Part shown: in pieces, positions 1 to 7,783 of the stretch
How the letters are laid out: each line of letters starts with the position of its first letter
Position numbering within the stretch: the stretch's first letter is position 1
Origin: an uncultured Nitrososphaerota archaeon
Lineage (GTDB): Archaea > Asgardarchaeota > Njordarchaeia > Njordarchaeales > Panguiarchaeaceae
Length of the DNA stretch: 11,222 nt
Direction: 5' to 3'
Assembly (NCBI GenBank): GCA_964636085.1
Contig: CAZWPQ010000022.1
Span: 1-11,222 of the forward strand
Program-made: the position numbers and the translations under genes
The notes under the pieces: generated by a model
The model's input: the letters and a program-made list of their open reading frames with translations, nothing else
Database searches by the model: none
What the model was told of the DNA's origin: nothing

Positions 1-318
1 GAAATTCTAGAGGAGTACATACGTGTCATACATTACCCAAAAATCGTGAGGAAAATATCTCTAAATGATGCATACTCAATAATAGACGCAATGTATAAGA
101 AGGCTGAATACGCCGCATATGAGGACAAAATACATGTCTGTAGGGACCCAGAAGACGACAAGTTTGTTGAACTCTCAGCAGAAAAATCAGCACCACTTAT
201 AACACTAGACAATGATATACTCGACCTACGAGACGAAGAAAAACTACTCAAAGTAAATACAAAACAAATAAGGATACTAAGACCAGAAGAATTCCTGCAG
301 AACTACAGCGGCGATTAG
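1..318 (+). CDS. PIN-domain (VapC-like, PIN_3/COG1569-type) putative toxin, 5'-truncated by window edge
   Basis: Frame 1 is open from base 1 (EILEEYIRVIHYPKI...), so the GTG at 46 is not the true start. Contains the family motifs VCRDPEDDKFVELS, LITLDNDILDL and IRILRPEEFL. Confidence 0.88.
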   Translation, partial: EILEEYIRVIHYPKIVRKISLNDAYSIIDAMYKKAEYAAYEDKIHVCRDPEDDKFVELSAEKSAPLITLDNDILDLRDEEKLLKVNTKQIRILRPEEFLQNYSGD

Positions 319-534
319 ATAACATAAGCGAGAATATTCAAACAGAAAAACACCAAATCTTCACATAAACCATTGATCCCCCTCAGAGAATAAACTATTG
401 TGGTTACAATACTGTGATAATTGCTACCTTATAGATAAACCAGTTAACGTTTTCCTGGCAATTTTATAGTATTTCGAAAAATAAATGCAAAACAGGACAC
501 CCACAACGCCAAATGACTCAGACAACCAAACTGA

Positions 535-1349
535 GCCCACTATTAGATATTTATTCGGGATTTTTTGGTATAGTATTGGCGAAAAGGTTGCCGAGGAAAA
601 TGAAATCAAACAGCACCTACCACCAGAGGAAGTGAGAAGACTATACAAGAAGGAGAAGGACAAGAAAAGACCATATGCCTTTTAGTAATATACCATCTAA
701 TGAAAGGAAAGACACCGGAGGAACTGACAGAACTGCCGCAAGTGAGCACATCGACTATATACAGGCTTATACAGAACAGGATATGAAGCAAACGAATTTT
801 CCATACCCAGCAGTGAGCAAAGAAAGTACGCATAAAGGTCGAAAACTCAAACATTCAATGTTGGTGTCCCTACGAAATGAAACATGAAAAATCGTTGGAC
901 ACTCTTGGTAAGCCCATGTTATCTTTTGACACCACCGCCTATAGGCACATCGTCTACATGCACCACAACTAATGATGCTGATTGTTTTATGCCTGTCACA
1001 TATGGGACACCCACACGAAGCCTGAGGTGGAAAGCGTTTCAGATTCATTACATAAATTTCATTGCTGGATGTTAGATTGAATAGAGACATTATCCTCGAT
1101 ACATTGCTTTTAATCATATATTATGTTTAGTATGCTTTATTATCATTCGTCTGTTGTTAGGCGTTTCGTGAAATGGGGCATGTGGAGAGTCACTGGATGG
1201 ACAGAACAAAGAGTATCGAAGCCTAGATTTAACAGGGACAGCCTCCCCGAAAGATCAAATTTCCTATCTGACGTACAGTATTAGTACTAACGAGGCATAT
1301 ACGCCGAAAAGTAGAAAGGTTGATTTTATTAAAAAAATCTATAGTGGGC
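535..1349. mobile_element. Possible boundaries of a decayed, internally deleted IS element
   Basis: Imperfect inverted repeat: gcccactattagatatttatt (535-555) vs reverse complement of 1330-1349 (gcccactatagattttttta). The left copy lies just upstream of the transposase remnant. No TA target duplication seen. Confidence 0.3.
588..786 (+). pseudogene. IS630-family transposase N-terminal helix-turn-helix remnant (two frameshifts, truncated)
   Basis: Joining three frames (TTG at 588, shifts at ~600 and ~668) gives MPRK/EIKQHLPPEEVRRLYKKEKDK/KTICLLVIYHLMKGKTPEELTELPQVSTSTIYRLIQNRI*. This fits the recalled IS630 OrfA pattern HLsxEEL..lYrkEKD...RLlaI.hl..Gk...eva..l.VS.sTiYrw. No DDE domain seen. 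Confidence 0.7.
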
Positions 1350-1560
1350 AAAGAGGCCTTCATAAGCTCTAGCTAGGATTATTTTAGTGAGTTATAACAT
1401 CAAAAAATGGGCTATGGATCCTTTGAAAATTTTGTGCGAGGGATTATCAATATAGTATAGGAACTACGGGAGAATACGGGGCCTGTATTCATCATCCAAA
1501 GATCACTTAACAGTCTATACGCGATATGGTGAACCAATAGAATAAAAAGTGAAGGACAAG

Positions 1561-1897
1561 AATTATTATCCGAGTTCCCAGCCTTATCAAATGCCCTAAT
1601 GTATATCGTATGCTTTCCATCGGTTTAGTACTCGAATAAGCAATAGTTCGATGATGTAATAATCCACTAGCCATTATCTAGCCCAATCTCGTAATGGTCT
1701 ATCTCATTATCATTAGCAATGTTCCATGATACTAGGACTTTAGATTGCACATAGCTACAATTCTCTGGACTTACATCAATAAATTCTGGTGGTATTAGGT
1801 CAACAATCACTAATACTGATGACACATTCTCATTCCCTGCGACATCAACAGCTTTCACATCAATTATGCATTCTCCATAACTAAGATTGGTGAATAG
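1561..1897 (-). pseudogene. Remnant of a surface protein with tandem Ig-like/FN3-like repeats
   Basis: One frame reads LFTNLSYGECIIDVKAVDVAGN...VDLIPP...VSWN...IDHYEIGLDNG*WIITSSNYCLFEY*TDGKHTIYIRAFDKAGNS. Two (K/R)AxDxAGN repeat ends; in-frame TAG (1667-1669) and TAA (1625-1627); no start or signal peptide. Confidence 0.8.
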
Positions 1898-2013
1898 TCA
1901 CTTTTATACGCCAGAAATAGAGCACTGTAATTCGATACTTGTACAACGACCGCCGTGAGAGAGTAGTATATTTATGCATCTTGCCTAAAAAATTTTGGTT
2001 ATATAGGTTACCG

Positions 2014-2412
2014 CTAGCCTTTTCTACTGATTTGACCAAGCGAAAAAAGCGAGAAATAGAGTCCAAATAAAAATGATATGAATGAAACAACTAGTAATAA
2101 TACTACCTCTCCCTCATAAAATAGGAAAAATACGAAGGGAGTATCCTCAATCATTTTAATTAGAGACACCACAAAGGCAATAACATCCCCCATCGCAGAG
2201 TCAATTCGTGGTGTCTCAGTTAAATATATTATGCCACCTAAAACAAATATAATGCTTGATAAAATTAAGGTTAGTACGAAAACGCTTTCGGATCCAACAA
2301 CCCCTGCAATAATAATACCAAATAGCTCTATGAGAATGGATAAGAAAAGTATATATACCCCTCTTGAGATCTTAGCACCCGCCATAGTAGATGGAACATA
2401 CCCCCAAGACAT
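2014..2412 (-). CDS. Small ~4-TM membrane protein of unknown function (paralog of 5764..6207)
   Basis: Hydrophobic ORF. ATG at 2412 preferred because GGTGA (2418-2422, minus strand) precedes it and MSWGY aligns with MAWEY of the paralog. Confidence 0.8.
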   Translation of the reverse strand: MSWGYVPSTMAGAKISRGVYILFLSILIELFGIIIAGVVGSESVFVLTLILSSIIFVLGGIIYLTETPRIDSAMGDVIAFVVSLIKMIEDTPFVFFLFYEGEVVLLLVVSFISFLFGLYFSLFSLGQISRKG

Positions 2413-2461
2413 TACTTTCACCGTCTCTTAAAGATTGTAAAATCTAAAAAATTGAAGGATG

Positions 2462-2479
2462 TATATAAATTATATAAAT
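2462..2479. promoter_or_regulatory. Tandem TATA-like boxes of a divergent promoter
   Basis: tatataaat repeated twice (2462-2470, 2471-2479); reads TTTATATA on the minus strand; lies between divergently transcribed genes. Confidence 0.55.
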
Positions 2480-2489
2480 TTAAATATGA

Positions 2490-2725
2490 TTATTGTTATG
2501 GATTACGCATGCTTGTTAGGATGCGTCTAGGTTGATTGAAATTTAGATTTTCATCCAATAGCTATGAGATAACCCTATTTTTATCCAATGTTAGAAACTT
2601 GTGGTTATCTTTGATATTCATGTTTGTCACAATATGATGAAGAGTTAGAGGATATATGCATTCCACATAAAATATGTTTTATTTTAGCCTAATCAGACAA
2701 GCAGGCGTTCTCTCCATAGGAATAA
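2490..2725 (+). other. Nested fold-back element, candidate structured 5' leader RNA of the OPT gene
   Basis: Outer stem 2490-2541 with 2677-2725; second stem 2542-2555 with 2636-2649; inner perfect 8-bp stem agataacc (2567-2574)/ggttatct (2603-2610). Many non-Watson-Crick positions are G-U on the + strand. Confidence 0.55.
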
Positions 2726-2737
2726 ACGAGGATATGT

Positions 2738-4540
2738 ATGGGAGGGCCGATGGGGCGAGGTGGGAAGGGCTTATCGTTATGTTCCATCATCGTCGCTATC
2801 CTTATCACAGTCTTTGTAGGGGTTTCTGCTACATATATAGCCCTAATGATATCGGCGCTTCCTTGGCCTATAATGTTATCGGTTGTAATGGCGTTTTCAT
2901 CTTTCAAATTCATCGATATACTCAGGAGGAAGAAACATTCAATTCACGAGGTAAATGTGGCGCAGGCTGGTGGCAGTATAGGTGGCCTTATTGCGGCTGG
3001 GGCAGTTTTTACATTACCAGCATTTTGGTATCTAAGCGAGATTCATGGTCTAGAATTTGTCTTTCCATCAATCTATCAAATGATATTAGTGGCGATAGCT
3101 GGGGGGCTCCTTGGGGTTGCTCTCTCAATACCTGTACGCAGAATAACAATAGATGAGGAAGATCTACCATATCCAAGTGGTTATGCTGGTGCGCAAGCAC
3201 TCATAGCGGCTGAGGAGGGAGGCATCAAGGGAGATATAGTTTTGATGTTTGGGATACTTGCCGCAGTATTCTCGTGCTTAATGAATGGGATATTTAGAAT
3301 AGGTCTAGTGCGATTGTTCATTGGGATAAAGGGGCTTAATATTCTCTTATGCGTGGGGTCTGCAGAGCGTCTAGTGGCATTAGGGGCTATTATTATTCCC
3401 CTATTTCTCCTACCGCTCCTCGTGGGTGTCGGGGCAGGATATATTATTGGGAAAAATATAGCTTTTTCGTGGTTTCTAGGGGCTCTCCTAGGATGGAGTA
3501 TATTGATGCCAGTCCTACAAATATATGGATGGGCAGATTTTATCACGCCCATACAAAATTTGGGGATGGGCATAGTCTTCGGATCAGGGTTGGCGTTCTT
3601 CTTTCTTAAGGCTCTACCAAGCTCAGGAAAGATGTATAGGGCTTTTCTGCGTCCAGCACATCATAATGTTGATCGTGTAAATCTAAATATGCTGGTTTTA
3701 ATATCTGTGATCGCTTTTCTATGTCTAATCGCTATAGGTATTAGTCCAGTAGTGGCATTACTTGGTATAGCAGGTGCATGGATAATGTCTACTATAGCGG
3801 GAAAAACGACAGGGGAGACGAATATAGATCCTCTAGAGCAATTTGGCCTTATGGTGGGCCTTTTTATTATGTTCTTTCTTGGACTATTTAGAATGGAGGT
3901 AGCAATACCTGATGCTATACTAATCGTATCCTTTGTATCCATCGCATCTGCTGTCGCGGGGGATATAGGCCATGACTATAAGAGCGCAAAAATAATCGGT
4001 ACGGAACCTATGGATATTTTCTATGTGGATGCCATAGCATGTATAATTGGTGGTATAATCGCCCCAATAGCGATGATGGTTGTTCTCTCTGTATATTATC
4101 GGTTTATAATATATACGCCTGGTGTGGCGCTCCAAATGAAGCTTGTGGCGGAGGCGCTATATGGTTTTAAAGAGCCACTATTCTTCCTAGCGGGCCTTAT
4201 CTTTGGCTTTATTGGAGAATCCATAGCCTATAGACTGGAGAAAATGGATAGGGCCAGCATAAGTATTATGCCCTTTGGTATAGGTATGTTTCTTGGATTC
4301 GCGCTAGCCATACCTATACTGATAGGTGGGCTAATAAGAGTGTATGTGGCTAAAAGAAAACCAAAATATGAGGAACTTGGCATATTGGCCTTCAGCGGAT
4401 TGATGGGTGGGGAGGGAATAATGGGCTTCACATTAGGTCTCTTAGTGGTAGGGGGGGTAAATATAAAATTAGCATCGATGATAATCATAACAATTTTAAC
4501 AATTCCAATAATGCTGCTATTATATAAATACAGAAGATAA
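2738..4540 (+). CDS. OPT (oligopeptide transporter/YSL) family transporter
   Basis: 600 aa polytopic membrane protein with OPT motifs EVNVAQAGGSIG...AAGAVFTLPA, EEDLPYPSGYAGAQAL, GETNIDP, AGDIGHDYKSAKIIG and SGLMGGEG. Alternative start ATG at 2750. Confidence 0.9.
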   Translation: MGGPMGRGGKGLSLCSIIVAILITVFVGVSATYIALMISALPWPIMLSVVMAFSSFKFIDILRRKKHSIHEVNVAQAGGSIGGLIAAGAVFTLPAFWYLSEIHGLEFVFPSIYQMILVAIAGGLLGVALSIPVRRITIDEEDLPYPSGYAGAQALIAAEEGGIKGDIVLMFGILAAVFSCLMNGIFRIGLVRLFIGIKGLNILLCVGSAERLVALGAIIIPLFLLPLLVGVGAGYIIGKNIAFSWFLGALLGWSILMPVLQIYGWADFITPIQNLGMGIVFGSGLAFFFLKALPSSGKMYRAFLRPAHHNVDRVNLNMLVLISVIAFLCLIAIGISPVVALLGIAGAWIMSTIAGKTTGETNIDPLEQFGLMVGLFIMFFLGLFRMEVAIPDAILIVSFVSIASAVAGDIGHDYKSAKIIGTEPMDIFYVDAIACIIGGIIAPIAMMVVLSVYYRFIIYTPGVALQMKLVAEALYGFKEPLFFLAGLIFGFIGESIAYRLEKMDRASISIMPFGIGMFLGFALAIPILIGGLIRVYVAKRKPKYEELGILAFSGLMGGEGIMGFTLGLLVVGGVNIKLASMIIITILTIPIMLLLYKYRR

Positions 4541-4652
4541 TCCCACCAAGCTTGTTATGGCATTTTTACTCCCAAGTTTCTACTTTTTTGGGATGTTGGC
4601 TATGTATGGAGAATAGTTTTATCCTAGATATTACTAAGTATAGTGGTGAATA

Positions 4653-5780
4653 GTGTTGAGGTGGAGACTAATAAAGAGTGGGCCGCTGGATCCGATTACT
4701 ATTCATGCCATTTATGAGGCTATAGCTGAGAGTGTATCAAGGGGCGAAAGCCCGAATACGCTCCATATTTGCTGGCCGGAGAAACCGTATGTGTGTATTG
4801 GTATTCATCAGATTCTAGACTTTGAAGTGAATGTAAGGAAATGTAGAGAGCTTGGTATTCCAATACTGAGGAGACAAGTTGGGGGAGGTGCAACATATTT
4901 GGATTCAAACCAATTCTTCTATCACATCATAGTACGAAAAGAGGATGCTCCAATAAACAAGTCTGAGCTCTTCAGGAGGTATTTAGCCCCCACTATATGT
5001 ACATATAGAAGATTTGGGATAAACGCGGTGTATAGGCCCCTAAATGATGTAGTTGTGGATGGAAAGAAGGTATCTGGCAATGGTGCTGGAACATTTGGCA
5101 ATGCAGTCGTCGTTATAGGAAATGTGATACTTGACTTTAACCCAGAAATGTTTGTTTCCGTTCTTAGAATCCCAAGTGAAAAAATGAGGGACAAGATGGT
5201 CAACACGATAGATCAATGGGTATCTTCACTAAAGAAAGAACTGGGATATAAACCAAGTATGGATAAGGTTATGGAGACATATATATCATGCTTCGAGGAA
5301 GAATTCGGAGTCAAGTTTGTAGAATCTGGACTAACTAATGCGGAAAAAGCACTACTAGATAAGTTAAGGAAGAAATATACATGCGAAAAGTGGATGTATA
5401 GGTATAAGAACAAACATCACAGACTGCTCGGGAATCTAAGACCAGAGGACAGAATAATAAAAATCCTAGGAAACCACTATATAATTCAAATTGTCGAGAA
5501 ACCAGAGAAACTTATGAGGATAATAATGGAGGTAAAAGATGGCGCTATAAGGGATATAGTGATCACGGGTGATTTCTTTATAGACCCGATATTGGTCGCC
5601 AAAATGGAGAATTTTCTAAAAGATATGGACCTAAGAGAGGTCTTGTCTATGGATACCAACGCTATATTGTCGCAATTGGAAATAGAGAAACATCAGCGAG
5701 AAGCAATACCATTCATAGAAAATTTCCTCAAGGCGTTTTCAAAGCTAAGGGATATTAAAGAAATTAAAAAACCCCTCTAG
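4653..5780 (+). CDS. lplA: Lipoate-protein ligase (catalytic domain plus C-terminal LplB-like domain)
   Basis: Motifs PYVCIGIHQ, RRQVGGGATYLD, NDVVVDGKKVSGNG (catalytic Lys) and C-terminal DGAIRDIVITGDFF. GGTGA SD at 4645-4649; start GTG 4653 or TTG 4656. Confidence 0.93.
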   Translation: MLRWRLIKSGPLDPITIHAIYEAIAESVSRGESPNTLHICWPEKPYVCIGIHQILDFEVNVRKCRELGIPILRRQVGGGATYLDSNQFFYHIIVRKEDAPINKSELFRRYLAPTICTYRRFGINAVYRPLNDVVVDGKKVSGNGAGTFGNAVVVIGNVILDFNPEMFVSVLRIPSEKMRDKMVNTIDQWVSSLKKELGYKPSMDKVMETYISCFEEEFGVKFVESGLTNAEKALLDKLRKKYTCEKWMYRYKNKHHRLLGNLRPEDRIIKILGNHYIIQIVEKPEKLMRIIMEVKDGAIRDIVITGDFFIDPILVAKMENFLKDMDLREVLSMDTNAILSQLEIEKHQREAIPFIENFLKAFSKLRDIKEIKKPL

Positions 5781-6207
5781 ACCCAGTTTTTCTACGAATA
5801 TAGTAAAGTGATACTATAGTAAATATAAACGTAGCAATAAATGATGTTGGTAGCATTCTCTTGGCATAACAAACCTCAGAAAAATCCCAATACTCCGCCG
5901 CAAAGTCTACTATACCGGTTAATGGATAGTCTATAAGCATTTTTATAATCGATATAAATAGTACAATAATATCGCTTATGTACATGTCTGAATGCTTTGA
6001 CTCTACAGCATATATGATACCTCCAATTGTATATATTATTGTGGATGCAATCCATGATAATATATATGGATCGTTGTCTCGAGCCAAGCCTGAAGCGTAG
6101 GCACCTAAGATGAGGATGATTAGTGATGCTATTACTATATATACACCCCTCGAGATTGCTGAGGCATAACCAGTTGGTCTATATTCCCACGCCATTCGGC
6201 TCGCCAT
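5764..6207 (-). CDS. Small ~4-TM membrane protein of unknown function (paralog of 2014..2412)
   Basis: Shares WxYxP, ISRGVYI, SxII...GGIIY and DxI...SxIKM..DxP with the 2014..2412 product. True start may be ATG at 6195. 3' end overlaps lplA convergently by 17 nt. Confidence 0.8.
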   Translation of the reverse strand: MASRMAWEYRPTGYASAISRGVYIVIASLIILILGAYASGLARDNDPYILSWIASTIIYTIGGIIYAVESKHSDMYISDIIVLFISIIKMLIDYPLTGIVDFAAEYWDFSEVCYAKRMLPTSFIATFIFTIVSLYYIRRKTGSRGVF

Positions 6208-6287
6208 TTAGATATTATAACATTCCTATAAAATAACATAATATACATAAAAATTGAATAGTTCTGTAATCATGGGTTCTTTAGAAG

Positions 6288-6938
6288 TTAGGAGTTCGTT
6301 GCTGGATAAATTTCTTTTTTGTTGAGTATTGCGAGGAGGTCTTTGTTTCTGCTGAGTTTAATTGCTCTTAATATTTCTTCCTCCGACCTGTATTTCCATT
6401 CTGGAACCCATATGCGGAAGACAAGGGCCTCGTAGGTCTCAAGCATCCTTATTGGAGGGTGAGTCTCCGATATTTTCTCCAATTCTCCGGGCAGTTTACC
6501 ACTGAAAAGTTTCCTCAAGAGCCTTATCGTAGATATACAGATAATTTTTGTCGTATACATGGCCGTTACTAGTTTTCTCCAAGAATCAATGTAGCTTTCT
6601 TTGTCTGCGGAATAAAGTGTATCAAGCGTTATTAACGAGGCCTCCTCTAGAAGTCCTAACCACCATTCATCTGCACCAAGCTTATTTAGTATTTCAATTC
6701 TATCCTTAAGAGAGGCTGAAGGAGGGATGTCAACTCCAAATATCTTAAGTAGCACATCTATATATGCATTTATTGTGGTTTTCATATCGATCATCTTGAA
6801 TGATCGATGGAAGAATCTGTATGTGGACCCCACTTCATGTATGTAAAAATGTTCCTTCTTTCTTATTTTCCGGAACATCTCTATTGCTCTATCAAGCGAA
6901 TTCCTGTTAATTCTTTTGAAAAATTCCTTCAGATCCAT
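6288..6938 (-). CDS. Hypothetical soluble, mostly helical protein (~216 aa)
   Basis: Long ORF with protein-like composition. ATG at 6938 preferred over TTG at 6962 because GAGGT (6946-6950, minus strand) lies 7 nt upstream. No family recognised. Confidence 0.75.
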   Translation of the reverse strand: MDLKEFFKRINRNSLDRAIEMFRKIRKKEHFYIHEVGSTYRFFHRSFKMIDMKTTINAYIDVLLKIFGVDIPPSASLKDRIEILNKLGADEWWLGLLEEASLITLDTLYSADKESYIDSWRKLVTAMYTTKIICISTIRLLRKLFSGKLPGELEKISETHPPIRMLETYEALVFRIWVPEWKYRSEEEILRAIKLSRNKDLLAILNKKEIYPATNS

Positions 6939-7065
6939 ACAGTAGACCTCTTGGGTGCTCAATTTTACTCATTTTTTGTATTATGATTTAAAAGCCAATA
7001 GATAAAAATATAATTGTAGAGATACCGTATTATGAATTAGTATATTTAAGCGTTTCTGCGTAACT

Positions 7066-7091
7066 AAAGAATTTATATATGTAAATTCTTT
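7066..7091. promoter_or_regulatory. 26-bp near-perfect palindrome overlapping a TATA-like box in a divergent promoter
   Basis: aaagaattta-tatatg-taaattcttt: perfect 10-bp arms; contains TTTATATA. Confidence 0.6.
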
Positions 7092-7149
7092 TAATTGTAT
7101 TTTTCGCTATCATATCATAGAGAATATATAGACACTTCGGTGAGAATTA

Positions 7150-7773
7150 ATGATACTTAAGTCTTATCCATCTGTTGTAGTGCTCATAGATAGAAGTGGT
7201 ATGCCGCTTCTAACGCTTCCAAGTGAAGAAAAGTTTGTATTAGTTAGTGGCCTCACATCAACAGTAATAGCCTTAACTCAAAGATTGCCGAGAAGTGAAA
7301 TTGATTATATTAAAACTGAATCAGGGGTGCTTTTCGTAAAGCCAATAGATGAGAAGGGTGGATTATTGATGCTTTTCGAGAACGTGAAAGGACCCGACGA
7401 GATACAATGGATTGTTAGCTTATTTTTAAATGAGGTGAGAGATGCGCTAGGTTTTATAACTCAGGGTCTCATCACAGAGGCGGACATGGAGGGGATGAAA
7501 ACAATATACTCTAACTTTATTTCAAGATTAACGGAGATATTTCAACTGGCCACGGAGATTGAGGAAAAATACAAAGTCCTCAGGGAGATAGTTGGGTCGA
7601 TGGCGCAGGCTTTAATAAGGAATTGTTCAGATGAGATCCTAAAAGAAGTCGACGGAGAACTTATGGTTGATATAAATTGCGTTAGATGCAAAAAAGTTAC
7701 CTCAAACCTAATGTTAGAAATTATGAAGAGGTGTCTGAATGATATCACCAACCGAATAAAACAAATATTATAG
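7150..7773 (+). CDS. Longin/roadblock-like domain protein with a Cys-containing C-terminal domain
   Basis: N-terminal pattern VVVLIDRSGMPLL...LVSGLTSTVIALTQRL...IDYIKTESGVLFVKP...GLLMLF...IQWIVSLFLNEV fits the beta-beta-alpha-beta-beta-beta-alpha longin/roadblock topology. GGTGA SD at 7139-7143. Fold assigned by eye. Confidence 0.65.
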   Translation: MILKSYPSVVVLIDRSGMPLLTLPSEEKFVLVSGLTSTVIALTQRLPRSEIDYIKTESGVLFVKPIDEKGGLLMLFENVKGPDEIQWIVSLFLNEVRDALGFITQGLITEADMEGMKTIYSNFISRLTEIFQLATEIEEKYKVLREIVGSMAQALIRNCSDEILKEVDGELMVDINCVRCKKVTSNLMLEIMKRCLNDITNRIKQIL

Positions 7774-7783
7774 GGATTGTCTT

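Noticed and set aside
396-411. Palindrome tattgt-ggtt-acaata
   Set aside because: 6-bp AT-rich arms with no second copy noticed and no clear adjacent promoter; compatible with chance.
424-1075. ORFs 424..663, 485..685, 606..854, 675..887 and 884..1075 as independent genes
   Set aside because: 485..685 is partly the transposase remnant; the others overlap it or lack recognisable features.
1625-1669. In-frame TAG and TAA as stop-codon recoding (pyrrolysine or alternative code)
   Set aside because: Two different stops in a fragment lacking both termini, while neighbouring intact genes end at TAG and TAA; decay is simpler.
4570-4593. Hairpin tcccaag...tttggga between OPT and lplA
   Set aside because: Short stem; could be part of a terminator with the T-runs but too weak to call.
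2674-5413. Short ORFs overlapping the OPT and lplA genes on either strand
   Set aside because: Shadow frames of well-supported genes with no motifs.
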